From Obrimoposthia wandeli (Eukaryota), in contig CDROCS010000253.1 in NCBI GenBank assembly GCA_977020255.1, positions 620,001 to 684,000 on the forward strand: a DNA stretch of 64,000 nucleotides, given 5' to 3'. Of this stretch, positions 1 to 10,104 are shown piece by piece (position 1 is the stretch's first letter; the number at the start of each line of letters is the position of its first letter). The notes beneath the pieces are model-generated. The model was given only the letters and a program-made list of their open reading frames with translations, was not told where the DNA came from and searched no databases. The translations under genes and the position numbers were made by a program.

Positions 1-192
1 GCAAAATGGCTACATATCAAATTAAGCTTAGTGATAATACTTTTTACCTATCATGGTTACTGTTTTAAATTAGTCAGTACCTTTAAACAAGATAAGAATA
101 CCCGCTCAGGACGTTTTTATCGAATATTCAATGAGATTCCGGTACTGATTTTGTTTGCGATTATTATTTTAGCTTACGTTAAGCCCATGTAA
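1..192 (+). CDS. hemJ: Protoporphyrinogen oxidase HemJ, 3' end (5' truncated by window)
   Basis: Frame 1 reads AKWLHIKLSLVIILFTYHGYC...RSGRFYRIFNEIPVLILFAIIILAYVKPM*, matching the HemJ C-terminal W-x-x-KL / YH / FYR-x-x-NE-x-P / KP pattern. Confidence 0.85.
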   Translation, partial: AKWLHIKLSLVIILFTYHGYCFKLVSTFKQDKNTRSGRFYRIFNEIPVLILFAIIILAYVKPM

Positions 193-230
193 TTATAAAT
201 TATTTAGAGATTTTGAAGGTAAGATAACTT

Positions 231-584
231 ATGTGGTATTTATATTTGGGTTACCTGGTAATACAGTTTTATGCTATTGCCGATGTATTCTCAAGAAACT
301 CGCTTGCAGCCAGTGCTGTGGTTTTTTCAATAGCGGTATTTTTCATTTGGTCCTTTATACCTATGCTGGGTTATGTTTTAGCCAAAGTATTAGGCGCACA
401 TGGATATGCAAAAAGACTAACATTACTTCTCGCAGGTGTGATCATTGCCCTGATTGAAAATAGCTTAAGTTACTTTAATTTATTAACGGATAAACAATAT
501 AATATTGGTACAGCAATAGTATTTATATTGTGCTTTGTTATAACCTACCTACCATTAAATAAAAAAGAAGCCGTAAGTTTGTAG
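231..584 (+). CDS. Small hypothetical membrane protein (about 4 TM helices)
   Basis: 117-aa ORF with AAGG RBS and alternating hydrophobic stretches; no recognisable family. Confidence 0.65.
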   Translation: MWYLYLGYLVIQFYAIADVFSRNSLAASAVVFSIAVFFIWSFIPMLGYVLAKVLGAHGYAKRLTLLLAGVIIALIENSLSYFNLLTDKQYNIGTAIVFILCFVITYLPLNKKEAVSL

Positions 585-713
585 CAAAAAAAACAGCAAC
601 ATTGTAGAAGACTTCATTTTTCATACATTGCAGTTATAATCATAATAGGATAATTTATCGAGTTGTTAACAAACCGTTAATTCCTCTAGTTTACCGTATT
701 AGGAAACATTGTA

Positions 714-2804
714 ATGAAGTACTTTTTATTCGCTGTGTTAGCGCTCTCAACATTATTGTCATCAGCAAACGCCACTAACCAATCTACCTTGCTGTTAGCA
801 AAACCTAAAATTGTCGGTGGCGAACTTGCTAGCAAAGATGAATTTCCCTGGATGTCTGCATTGGTTTTTACCTATAACGATGTCAATACCTCTTTAGACG
901 TCGCTGGCACTCAGTACGAGAATAAACCTTTTTCAAACAGTCCTTCAGGTCAAGCTAGTGCCACTATGGTTGATTGTGGTATTGGTGATGCTTTATGTGC
1001 TTTAGCTAACAATAAAATATGTTTAATTGCCCGTGGTGAAATAGATTTTTCAGTAAAAGTTGATAATTGCCAAGCCGCTGGAGGTATCGGTGCGATTATA
1101 TTTAACAATGTTTCAGGTGTTATCAATGGCACTTTAGGCGAGGATTTTACTGGTAACATTCCGGTGGTTGCCGTGAGCCAAAATGACGGTGCTATTTTAC
1201 TTAATACACTTGATAGCACAGCAACAATTAATATCTCCGCAAATCAAGCTATCGTGCAAAGCGCTAGTTGTGGAGCAAGCTTTATCGGTGATAAGTGGCT
1301 ACTTACTGCTGCACATTGTGTTGAAGATGCCAATATTGAGTTTTTAAAAGTAAATATTGGTGAATATGATTTAAGTAATGGCGCTGATAATGCTAAAGCA
1401 ATTAAGCGTATTTACCTGCACCCTGAATATAATGAAGGGGCTTCTTTTAATAATGATATCGCACTGATTGAACTAGTAGAAACTATTGAAAACCCTGCGG
1501 TTAAACTACTCGACTTCAATACCAGTAGAGAGTTAGCTATTGCTAACAGCTCTGCAACGGTCATAGGTTGGGGCAACAAAATAGCCTACGGCCCAGAAGA
1601 AGAATCTCCAGCGAATAGCCAACCAACGATATTGCATCAAGTAGAGTTATCACTGTTAAGCAATCAGCAATGTAAAGAGACCTTAGCCCAAGGAGAAAGT
1701 AATTTACAAAACACTACCATATTACCTGAGCAAATAGGTATCACCGATAGTATGATCTGCGCTAGCTACTTGGGTGGAGGTAGAGGCTCATGTCAAGGTG
1801 ATAGTGGTGGTCCCTTGATAGTCAGTACTAATCAAGGTTGGCAACAAATAGGAATCGTTAGTTTTGGTAAGGGTTGCGCCGATGCCGAATTTCCAGATGT
1901 TTATGCCCGTGTCGGCAAGTTTACTGACTGGATCAACAATATCACCCAAGGCATCGCCGTTGAACCTAGTTATGACTTTGCGATTACTCCACAAAACAAA
2001 GCACAAACTCAACAATTGTCAGTCACCAATAATAGCAATCTGACTACCAATTTAACTTTCACACTAGTCGCTGACAAAATTGGCAGTAGTGGTTTTAGTT
2101 TGAATACCGATGATTGCACCACATTAGCGGCAAAAGAAAGTTGTCAAATCCAAGTTAACTTTGATGCCAAAATCCTTGGTCAACAAAAGGTACGGATTGT
2201 CATTAATAGCAATGACGACAATATCCCAGCAAGCCAAAGCCATATAAGTGCACAAGCTATCGCCGCCAATAGTAATATCAATACTCAGTTGTCAAATGGC
2301 TCCTCAACATTACTCTGGTTTAGTGGTGGTGACCAATCGTGGTTACTCGATAATAGCGAAGCGGCTATTATGAGTGGTGGCATTACAGATGGTCAACAAA
2401 GCGCTGTTTTACTAAGCTTTTCTGGTACGGGTAGCTTATCATTCGAGTGGTCAGTTTCTTCTGAAGAGAACACCGATACTCCTGATAAACCTTACGATGC
2501 TTTATATTTAATTATTGATGGCAAGCAAGTCGACTTTATCTCCGGAGAAGTAGTTTATACCAAGGTAACCATCGATGACTTAGCCATAGGGGAACATCAA
2601 GTAACCTGGCTATATAAAAAAGATGGCGGTGCTAGTGAAGGAAAAGATAAAGGTTATTTAAAAAATGTTGTTTTTATTCCTACCATAACACCGACTCCTT
2701 CGATAACAGCACCAAGCACAACAGAGAGTAAATCGAGTGGCGGTAGTGCATATTTTATCTTGTTCATTCTTAGTTTGTTAACACTTAGACGTCGACGCGT
2801 TTAA
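714..2804 (+). CDS. Secreted S1 (trypsin-fold) serine protease with inserted PA domain, C-terminal beta-sandwich domains and GlyGly-CTERM anchor
   Basis: Signal peptide; K|IVGG activation site; TAAHC, NNDIAL and GDSGGP triad motifs; PA-like ICLIARGEIDFSVKVDNCQAAGGIGAIIFNN; ends SSGGS-hydrophobic helix-RRRR. Confidence 0.9.
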   Translation: MKYFLFAVLALSTLLSSANATNQSTLLLAKPKIVGGELASKDEFPWMSALVFTYNDVNTSLDVAGTQYENKPFSNSPSGQASATMVDCGIGDALCALANNKICLIARGEIDFSVKVDNCQAAGGIGAIIFNNVSGVINGTLGEDFTGNIPVVAVSQNDGAILLNTLDSTATINISANQAIVQSASCGASFIGDKWLLTAAHCVEDANIEFLKVNIGEYDLSNGADNAKAIKRIYLHPEYNEGASFNNDIALIELVETIENPAVKLLDFNTSRELAIANSSATVIGWGNKIAYGPEEESPANSQPTILHQVELSLLSNQQCKETLAQGESNLQNTTILPEQIGITDSMICASYLGGGRGSCQGDSGGPLIVSTNQGWQQIGIVSFGKGCADAEFPDVYARVGKFTDWINNITQGIAVEPSYDFAITPQNKAQTQQLSVTNNSNLTTNLTFTLVADKIGSSGFSLNTDDCTTLAAKESCQIQVNFDAKILGQQKVRIVINSNDDNIPASQSHISAQAIAANSNINTQLSNGSSTLLWFSGGDQSWLLDNSEAAIMSGGITDGQQSAVLLSFSGTGSLSFEWSVSSEENTDTPDKPYDALYLIIDGKQVDFISGEVVYTKVTIDDLAIGEHQVTWLYKKDGGASEGKDKGYLKNVVFIPTITPTPSITAPSTTESKSSGGSAYFILFILSLLTLRRRRV

Positions 2805-2817
2805 TATACCTAAAGAG

Positions 2818-2847
2818 CAAAAAAGGTAGGTTTACTTGCCTTTTTTG
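2818..2847. terminator. Intrinsic terminator (possibly bidirectional)
   Basis: CAAAAAAGGTAGG-ttta-CTTGCCTTTTTTG hairpin directly after the protease stop. Confidence 0.75.
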
Positions 2848-2957
2848 TTACATTTTTTCTCATTTTTCTAACGGTTAATCCTCCCTTTAGCATTCGCAAA
2901 GTAGCTGTTTTATGCTATATTCTGGCAAATTTTTCCCTGTCGATGTAATAAATCAAG

Positions 2958-3971
2958 ATGATGAAATTCCAAGGTAACCATATTCTCTCGGTATCACAAT
3001 TTGACCGTGAAGCTATCGCAAAGATCCTGCAAGTTTCTGCGCAAATGGCGCCTTATGCGTCTCGAAAAAAACGTTGTCATGTGCTTGATGGCGCAATATT
3101 AAGTAATTTATTTTTTGAACCAAGCACACGTACCCGAGTCAGTTTTGGTACGGCTTTTAATTTGCTGGGCGGTTTTGTACGCGAAACTGTTGGTCAGGAA
3201 AACTCATCATTAAGTAAGGGTGAATCTTTATTTGATACTGCCCAAGTAATCAGTGGTTACTCCGATGTTATTGCCATGCGTCACCCGCAAATGCACTCGG
3301 TAGAGCAGTTTGCTCAAGGTAGTTCAGTCCCTGTTATCAACGGTGGTGATGGAGCAAATGAACACCCCACTCAGGCTTTACTTGACCTATTCACTATTCA
3401 GTCTGAAATGATGCATTTTAACAAAGGCTTAGATGACTTAAATATTGTTTTGATGGGTGACTTAAAACATGGTCGTACCGTACACTCATTATCAAAACTA
3501 CTAAGCCTCTATGAAAATGTAAAAATCACTATGGTTGCGCCAAAAGCGCTACAAATGCCTGATAGTGTTATTTCAACCTTAAGCGATGCTGGTCATGAGG
3601 TTGTGTTAACCGAGACGATGGCGGGTAATTTATCTGCCGATGTAATTTATCAAACAAGAATTCAGCAAGAGCGTTTTGCCAGCAAAGATGAAGCAGAGTT
3701 ATATCGTGGACATTTCAGTTTAAATAAGCATGTTTACCAAAAATATTGCCGAGAAAACACAGTAATTATGCATCCATTACCACGCGACTCTCGCCCTGAA
3801 GCCAATGAACTTGATACCGATCTTAATGACTTAGATAACCTCGCTATTTTTAGACAAGCACAAAATGGTGTTTTAGTGCGCATGGCATTATTTGCCTTAA
3901 CCTTAGGTGTTGAAGATCAACTAACAGATTATGAAAAACCAGTAAACTGGTTTACAAATAAAAATGCCTAA
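2958..3971 (+). CDS. pyrB: Aspartate carbamoyltransferase catalytic subunit
   Basis: FFEPSTRTRVSF, MRHP, NGGDGANEHPTQALLD and MHPLPR motifs. Confidence 0.95.
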   Translation: MMKFQGNHILSVSQFDREAIAKILQVSAQMAPYASRKKRCHVLDGAILSNLFFEPSTRTRVSFGTAFNLLGGFVRETVGQENSSLSKGESLFDTAQVISGYSDVIAMRHPQMHSVEQFAQGSSVPVINGGDGANEHPTQALLDLFTIQSEMMHFNKGLDDLNIVLMGDLKHGRTVHSLSKLLSLYENVKITMVAPKALQMPDSVISTLSDAGHEVVLTETMAGNLSADVIYQTRIQQERFASKDEAELYRGHFSLNKHVYQKYCRENTVIMHPLPRDSRPEANELDTDLNDLDNLAIFRQAQNGVLVRMALFALTLGVEDQLTDYEKPVNWFTNKNA

Positions 3972-4014
3972 TGGCAATATTCCTTTTTAGAAACGATTTT
4001 TAGAAGAAACAATT

Positions 4015-5298
4015 ATGAATAAATCAGAACAGTTATTTGAACAAGCTCAAAAAATAATCCCTGGTGGCGTTAACTCACCAGTACGTGCTTTCAATGGCGT
4101 TGGTGGAACTCCTTGTTTTATAAAACGTGCACAAGGCGCTTATATTTATGACGCTGATGATAATGCTTACATTGACTATGTTGGCTCTTGGGGACCGATG
4201 ATCTTAGGCCATAATCATCCAGCCATTCTTGAAGCCGTTATTACTACCGCTAAAAATGGTTTAAGCTTTGGTGCTCCAACCGAAATTGAAATTACCATGG
4301 CTGAAAAGGTACGTGAATTAGTACCATCAATGGAATCTTTACGCATGGTTAGCTCTGGTACAGAAGCTACTATGAGCGCAATTCGTTTAGCTCGTGGTTA
4401 TACTGGCCGCGATAAAATATTGAAATTTGAAGGTTGTTATCACGGCCATGCCGACGCATTGTTAGTGAAAGCTGGCTCTGGTGCATTAACATTGGGCGTA
4501 CCAAATTCACCGGGTATTCCTGAAGATTTTGCTAAACATACCCTTACGGTTAGCTTCAACAATATCGACGAAGTGAAAGAAATCTTCGCAAAATATACTG
4601 ATGAAATAGCCTGTATTATCGTTGAACCTGTTGCGGGTAACATGAACTGTATCCCTCCTGTTGAAGGTTTTCTTGAAGGTTTACGCGCTGTGTGTGACCA
4701 ATACAGTAGCGTATTGATTTTTGATGAAGTAATGACTGGTTTTCGTGTTGCCCTAGGTGGTGCTCAAGCGCTCTATAACATTAAACCTGATTTAACCACT
4801 TTAGGTAAAGTTATTGGTGGCGGTATGCCTGTTGGCGCATTCGGCGGTAAACAAGAGATAATGGATTATATCGCGCCTGTTGGTCCAGTTTATCAAGCAG
4901 GTACTTTATCAGGTAACCCAATTGCTATGGCCGCAGGTTTAGCTTCACTAACTGAATTGGCTCAAGGAAACAAACACCAACAACTTACTGCGGCTACAGA
5001 GAAGCTAGCAATGGGCTTAAAAGCCGCTGCTGAGCGTAATGGTGTTAGTTTAAGTGTTAACTATGTTGGCGCTATGTTTGGATTTTTCTTTACTGAAGAT
5101 AAAAACCCTATTACTACCTATGAGCAAGCCACCCAATGTGATGGCGAAATGTTCAAGCGCTTCTTCCACTTAATGCTTGATGAAGGCGTATATTTAGCAC
5201 CATCATCTTATGAAACTGGCTTTTTATCAACATCACATACCGATGACATTATTGAAAAAACGTTAGTTGCTGCCGATAAGTGTTTCGCTCAGTTGTAA
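4015..5298 (+). CDS. hemL: Glutamate-1-semialdehyde 2,1-aminomutase
   Basis: [28 protein letters not shown] and [15 protein letters not shown] (PLP lysine) motifs. Confidence 0.97.
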   Translation: MNKSEQLFEQAQKIIPGGVNSPVRAFNGVGGTPCFIKRAQGAYIYDADDNAYIDYVGSWGPMILGHNHPAILEAVITTAKNGLSFGAPTEIEITMAEKVRELVPSMESLRMVSSGTEATMSAIRLARGYTGRDKILKFEGCYHGHADALLVKAGSGALTLGVPNSPGIPEDFAKHTLTVSFNNIDEVKEIFAKYTDEIACIIVEPVAGNMNCIPPVEGFLEGLRAVCDQYSSVLIFDEVMTGFRVALGGAQALYNIKPDLTTLGKVIGGGMPVGAFGGKQEIMDYIAPVGPVYQAGTLSGNPIAMAAGLASLTELAQGNKHQQLTAATEKLAMGLKAAAERNGVSLSVNYVGAMFGFFFTEDKNPITTYEQATQCDGEMFKRFFHLMLDEGVYLAPSSYETGFLSTSHTDDIIEKTLVAADKCFAQL

Positions 5299-5331
5299 CT
5301 AAATAACAATAAATCGTTTATTTAATAAATA

Positions 5332-5369
5332 AAAAAACGCTGCCCGTAGTGATACTGGCAGCGTTTTTT
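5332..5369. terminator. Bidirectional intrinsic terminator between convergent genes
   Basis: AAAAAACGCTGCC-loop-GGCAGCGTTTTTT. Confidence 0.85.
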
Positions 5370-5396
5370 ATGTCTTTTTTTCTAATACCCAATAGA

Positions 5397-5798
5397 CTAA
5401 CTTTTCAATTTTTCGCTATTTAACTCACTCTGTAACCAGTCTAAGCCTTCCTGCCAACCTAAATTTAAGCCATCAAATACTTTCAGGTTCCAACCATCAC
5501 GTTGGCGCATAGCAGCAACTTTGTTTACCGCTTTTTTGCTTTCATTATCGTAAGTAACTACAGCAATTGCTGCTAAGTTGTCATGCGAAGCCACGCTTAG
5601 CTTGGCTTCAAATGAAAAATCATACTGATTTATTTTGTTAATCAATAGCGCAAAATCATTCGAAAATATTTTAGTTAAAAAATCATCATACTCTTCAGAC
5701 ATCTCTAGTGAAATGACCACATCTTGACCAACAACAACCTCTGCAACGTGCTTATTTAAAACATTAATTTTAGCAAAACTAAGTTGGTGCTTCTGCAT
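5397..5798 (-). CDS. Hypothetical protein, possibly STAS/SpoIIAA-like fold
   Basis: 133-aa ORF with plausible composition; the fold guess comes from the alpha/beta pattern only. Confidence 0.6.
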   Translation of the reverse strand: MQKHQLSFAKINVLNKHVAEVVVGQDVVISLEMSEEYDDFLTKIFSNDFALLINKINQYDFSFEAKLSVASHDNLAAIAVVTYDNESKKAVNKVAAMRQRDGWNLKVFDGLNLGWQEGLDWLQSELNSEKLKS

Positions 5799-5934
5799 AA
5801 TGCCCTACCAATTTTTTGGACTTTAGAATAATAAGACTAGACCTATATGTTAAATTTAACAAACATGCGTTTGAATATTATTTACTATTTATTTATCCCC
5901 AAGCTAGCTTGAAAAGGCGTCTTTGAGTATAGAT

Positions 5935-7167
5935 TTAAAGGTAGTGATCAAATAATTGTACATTCACCATTTCACCGGCTTTTACGCTGCCTTGCTCACT
6001 AGATAAAATAATAAAGCAATTAGCCCGTGCTAAACTGGATAAAATACCTGAGCCTTGTGATCCGGTAGAGCTCACTACATTTTCACCTGCTGCGTTAATC
6101 GATAAAACCCCTCGTTGAAAATCCAGTCGACCTGGCGATTTACGTAACTCACTACTGCATTTCACTGTTAGATACGTACGTTTTAAAGGCTGTGCATTTT
6201 GCATTTTAGTTAAGGCGATCAACGCTAATTGATGAAAAGTCACTAACGCTGAAACAGGGTTACCCGGTAAGCCGAAAAAGACACTATTAGCTAGCTTACC
6301 AAAAGCAAAAGGCTTGCCTGGTTTCATCGCTATTTTCCAAAAGCTAATTTCTCCTAGTTCATCTAAAACAGTTTTAGTGTAATCCGCGTCTCCTACTGAA
6401 ACACCGCCAGAAGAAATAACCGCATCGGCCTGCTCATCAGCACTCACGAAGGCAGCTTTTATCAAATCAAAGTCATCGGCAATAATACCAAAATCAATAA
6501 CATCAACATGTAACGTTTTAAGCATAGCGGCTAAAACAAAACTATTAGACTCATAGATATCACCTACTCGTAAAGCGTGGCCTGGTAATTTAAGCTCATC
6601 ACCCGTGGCAATTAAAGCTACTTTTAATTTGCGATAAACAACAATATCAGCCACTCCCAAAGAAGCGAGCACACCAATATCAACCGCCGTTAATTTATGA
6701 CCAGACAGTAAGACTTGTTGAGCAAGTTTAATGTCTTCTCCGGCATTTCGAACATGAGAGCCAAAGCTCTTCTCTTGTAAAAAGGTTATTTGCTCACCAT
6801 CAGCGGTGACATTTTCTTGCATTTCTACAGAGTCACAACAGTCAGGCATTTTCGCCCCCGTCATAATTCGAATACATTCGCCAGACTGACAGGCTCCTTG
6901 AAATGGCGCTCCCGCCATAGAGCGTCCAACGAGCGTTAGCGTTTTACTCTCATTTAAGCTCTCAATAGCAAAAGCATAACCATCCATAGCAGAGTTATCA
7001 TGAGGGGGCACATTTAATGGGCTGGCAATATCTTCTGCTAGCACATAGTGCAACGCTTGCTCTATCGGCAAGGTTAATGTTTCGGTAATAGGTGATACTT
7101 GCGATAACATATTAGCTACGGCTTGCTCAAAAGGTAAAAGCCCTGGCGCGGAACAACAATCAGACAT
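5935..7167 (-). CDS. moeA: Molybdopterin molybdotransferase
   Basis: DNSAMDGYA, RIMTGA, SSGGVSVGDAD, KPGKP and GLPGNPVS motifs. Confidence 0.97.
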   Translation of the reverse strand: MSDCCSAPGLLPFEQAVANMLSQVSPITETLTLPIEQALHYVLAEDIASPLNVPPHDNSAMDGYAFAIESLNESKTLTLVGRSMAGAPFQGACQSGECIRIMTGAKMPDCCDSVEMQENVTADGEQITFLQEKSFGSHVRNAGEDIKLAQQVLLSGHKLTAVDIGVLASLGVADIVVYRKLKVALIATGDELKLPGHALRVGDIYESNSFVLAAMLKTLHVDVIDFGIIADDFDLIKAAFVSADEQADAVISSGGVSVGDADYTKTVLDELGEISFWKIAMKPGKPFAFGKLANSVFFGLPGNPVSALVTFHQLALIALTKMQNAQPLKRTYLTVKCSSELRKSPGRLDFQRGVLSINAAGENVVSSTGSQGSGILSSLARANCFIILSSEQGSVKAGEMVNVQLFDHYL

Positions 7168-7228
7168 AAAAAACTCGCTTAATTTCGTTAATACAATGAC
7201 TTGATACGATAAATTTCACTCTAAACTA

Positions 7229-7264
7229 ATACCAATCGGACTAATTTATTAATCCGTTTGCTAT
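7229..7264. repeat. Minimal ATACCAA-family hairpin element
   Basis: ATACCAATCGGA...TCCGTTTGCTAT imperfect terminal inverted repeat (10/12). Confidence 0.45.
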
Positions 7265-7313
7265 AACTCAATTTTCAAGCCTGTTTAGATAAATACTAGT
7301 CAAATCTATATGG

Positions 7314-7473
7314 ATACCAATTACACTAACTAAGTTAACATTTTCAAATGGCCTAAATATCCAATAACGTCGTTGCTTTCAATCCCAATAGCCAGCTATT
7401 GCTCAATCAAGCGTCTTGTTCTTGAACATTTAGTCACATTGAATTCTATAACCCTAATTAATCCAAATGGTAT
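7314..7473. mobile_element. 160-bp ATACCAA-family MITE-like element
   Basis: Begins ATACCAATT and ends AAATGGTAT, same termini type as 44580-44841 and 50607-50651; contains AAATGGCCT, shared with the 50607 copy. Confidence 0.55.
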
Positions 7474-7599
7474 GATAAATTCATTACCAGTAGTATCGCT
7501 TAAATACCAATAAAATTAATAGTGATTTAACCGCAGATTTATTGATTATAATCAATAATGAGGTTGGCAAAAAAAATTACCATCTCGCCATAAGGATAA

Positions 7600-7648
7600 T
7601 ATACCCGTTCCACTTGCTGAACTTGCATCTTGAAGTAGTGCGGGTATA
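7600..7648. mobile_element. 49-bp internally deleted ERIC-like element (termini only)
   Basis: TATACCCGTTCCACTTG...GCATCTTGAAGTAGTGCGGGTATA; both ends closely match the termini of the 315-bp copy at 54355-54669. Confidence 0.8.
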
Positions 7649-7671
7649 TACTAATTATTGAACAGAATTTT

Positions 7672-7846
7672 ATTTATAACACCGAGCTATCACAGCTAAC
7701 ATTGTTTTATTTTTTGGCTAAATCAAGTCAACTTATTTGAAACATTCATGTTGTGACACGCCGTAACTAAGTTCATGTATATCATGCTATTAGTTGCCAG
7801 GGTTAACAAGGAAACGCGTTAGCCTCCCTACATTTGGAAAGGTGAC
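7672..7846 (+). ncRNA. Moco (molybdenum cofactor) riboswitch in moaA leader
   Basis: CCGAGCT ... GCCAGGG-stem-GGAAAC-stem-GCCTCCC-TACATTTGGAAAGGTG-ac-ATG closely parallels the 3' half of the E. coli moaA leader (CCAGGG...GCCTCCCGTATCTGGAAAGGTG); 5' boundary approximate. Confidence 0.85.
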
Positions 7847-8818
7847 ATGCTAACAGACAACTTTGGCCGTAGGTTCTCATACCTGCGCCTCTCGATTACC
7901 GACGTGTGCAATTTTAGTTGCACTTACTGCTTGCCTGATGGTTATCAGTGCGATCAACCGCGTGATTTTTTATCACTCGCTGAAATTAAACGTATAACAA
8001 AAGCTTTCGCCGAGTTAGGAACTGAAAAGATCCGTATTACCGGTGGTGAGCCAGCCTTGCGTAAAGATTTACCTGAAATTATTCGTATTTGTAAAGAAAC
8101 TCCCGGCATCAAAACAGTTGCGATTACAAGTAATGGTTTTAAATTGCCAGAACATCTACCTCAATGGTTAGATGCTGGCATTGATGCTATCAATATCAGT
8201 ATTGATAGCTTAGACCCTCGTCAATTTCACGCGATAACTGGTCACGATAAACTTCAGACCATCCTCACGGGTATTGATATGGCATTAGCTGACGGTAGAG
8301 CGTCGGTTAAAGTTAATACAGTGCTGATGCGTGATCATAGCGGTAGAGAAATTAAAAGCTACCTTGACTGGCTAAAAAACACTCCTATTACTTTGCGTTT
8401 TATTGAGTTGATGCAAACAGGTGATAATCAAGAGTTTTTTGATGCGCAACATGTACAAGGTTCGCGTATTAAGCAGAACTTAATTCTCGATGGCTGGCTT
8501 CCAGTTATTCAAAATAAGTCAGCAGGCCCTGCACAAGAGTTTTACCATCCTGATTATCAAGGAAAAGTCGGCTTGATCATGCCCTACTCTAAAGATTTTT
8601 GTAGTAGCTGTAACCGCTTACGAATAAGCTCAAGCGGCAAGTTACATTTATGCTTATTTGGTGATGAAGGTTTGTCATTACGCGAACAATTACAAAGTGA
8701 TGATATTGAGCCTTTACAAGCACAAATTTTATCTCTACTTGGCGATAAAAAAGCCACTCATTTCTTACATGAAAAGCTAACAGGTGCCACTAAACACCTT
8801 GCTATGCTTGGAGGTTAA
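7847..8818 (+). CDS. moaA: GTP 3',8-cyclase (radical SAM)
   Basis: LRLSITDVCNFSCTYC (CxxxCxxC) and FCSSCNRLR...LHLCLF motifs. Confidence 0.97.
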   Translation: MLTDNFGRRFSYLRLSITDVCNFSCTYCLPDGYQCDQPRDFLSLAEIKRITKAFAELGTEKIRITGGEPALRKDLPEIIRICKETPGIKTVAITSNGFKLPEHLPQWLDAGIDAINISIDSLDPRQFHAITGHDKLQTILTGIDMALADGRASVKVNTVLMRDHSGREIKSYLDWLKNTPITLRFIELMQTGDNQEFFDAQHVQGSRIKQNLILDGWLPVIQNKSAGPAQEFYHPDYQGKVGLIMPYSKDFCSSCNRLRISSSGKLHLCLFGDEGLSLREQLQSDDIEPLQAQILSLLGDKKATHFLHEKLTGATKHLAMLGG

Positions 8819-8820
8819 GC

Positions 8821-9501
8821 ATGACTGTTCAAGCTATTGATTGTTTAGGTGTAGTACTGGCTGGTGGTTTATCTGCTCGCATGGGACAAGATAAATCCCA
8901 GCTTAGCCGTCAAAAGCTTAGTCATCAAAATAAGACAGTAAACTCATCAGTTGCTTCAGAAATTTCCATGCTGGATTTTTCTAAACAGCTTTTAATTGAT
9001 GCGGGTATAAAAAACATTGTCATTAGCGGTGATAACCATCAAATCCCAGACTGCGTAGCGCAAGCCGGACCTGTTGGCGGAATTTATAGTGTGCTGGCTC
9101 ATTACCTTGCACATAGCCCTGAACACTTGCAACCCAAAGCCTTATTAATATTACCCGTTGATTTACCCTTAATGACTGCCTCAGCGTTAGCTGAATTACG
9201 ACTAAAAGGCGAGCTGAGTCAGAAAGCGACTTTTTTCAGTGATAGTCAAAAGCACATGCATCACATCCCTTTGTACTTGCCAAACAATGCATTTTTATCT
9301 CTATTTTTAACACAAGCATTTCGTAGCGATAGAATACATGAGAGCAGTGGCAATGGTAGTCAAAAGAACAGTAAAAATGGTCCTTCCGTTAGGAGCATGT
9401 TAGAGAAAGTTCCTCATCAGACTATCTCGAGTCAAAACAGTAAAATACTCATAAATACCAATACGCCTGAACAATGGCAACAAGCAAAAAAACAATTTTA
9501 A
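8821..9501 (+). CDS. mobA: Molybdenum cofactor guanylyltransferase
   Basis: LAGGLSARMGQDK, GPVGGI, PVDLP and NTNTPE motifs; operon context. Confidence 0.85.
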   Translation: MTVQAIDCLGVVLAGGLSARMGQDKSQLSRQKLSHQNKTVNSSVASEISMLDFSKQLLIDAGIKNIVISGDNHQIPDCVAQAGPVGGIYSVLAHYLAHSPEHLQPKALLILPVDLPLMTASALAELRLKGELSQKATFFSDSQKHMHHIPLYLPNNAFLSLFLTQAFRSDRIHESSGNGSQKNSKNGPSVRSMLEKVPHQTISSQNSKILINTNTPEQWQQAKKQF

Positions 9502-9528
9502 TCTAAAGATTTAGTAAAGGATAAACCT

Positions 9529-10104
9529 ATGTCAGCACATGGCGGCAAAACTTTCGTTCCCTTAAATATCGCCGTTTTAACGGTATCGGATACACGTACC
9601 GAAGAAAACGACACCTCTGGTCAAGCACTTGTTGGACGCTTAATTGAGTCAGGCCACAACTTAGCCGATAAAGCGATTGTTATTGATGATGTATACCAAC
9701 TACGCGCCCAAGTATCAAAATGGATAGCGGATGATTCTATTCACGCCATTATTTCTACAGGTGGTACTGGTTTTACTGAGCGTGATAATACGCCTGAAGC
9801 CTTAACACCATTATTCGATAAAGCGGTTGAAGGTTTTGGGGAAATATTTCGTCATGTCTCATTACTAGAGATTGGCACCTCAACGATACAATCACGCGCT
9901 TTTGGCGGCATTGCCAATAAAACCGTCGTACTGTGTGTGCCTGGCTCAACTAACGCCTGTAAAACAGCATGGGATAAAGTCATTAAAGAACAGCTCGATG
10001 CCAGTCATCGCCCATGTAACTTTGTACCACACTTAAATATCAGTGCAGAGTCATCAACGGGTGAAGAATCTTCAAGCATTGAACAGTGTGGGACTCGCGG
10101 CTAA
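9529..10104 (+). CDS. moaB: Molybdenum cofactor biosynthesis protein B
   Basis: [26 protein letters not shown] and HRPCNF motifs. Confidence 0.93.
   Translation: MSAHGGKTFVPLNIAVLTVSDTRTEENDTSGQALVGRLIESGHNLADKAIVIDDVYQLRAQVSKWIADDSIHAIISTGGTGFTERDNTPEALTPLFDKAVEGFGEIFRHVSLLEIGTSTIQSRAFGGIANKTVVLCVPGSTNACKTAWDKVIKEQLDASHRPCNFVPHLNISAESSTGEESSSIEQCGTRG

Noticed and set aside
2958-3971. pyrB without adjacent pyrI or a leader attenuator
   Set aside because: Stand-alone pyrB genes occur in other gammaproteobacteria, and pyrI could lie elsewhere in the genome.
7480-7680. ModE operator upstream of moaA
   Set aside because: No match to the CGNTATATA-N-TATATANCG dyad; the TATATA present belongs to the repeat terminus.
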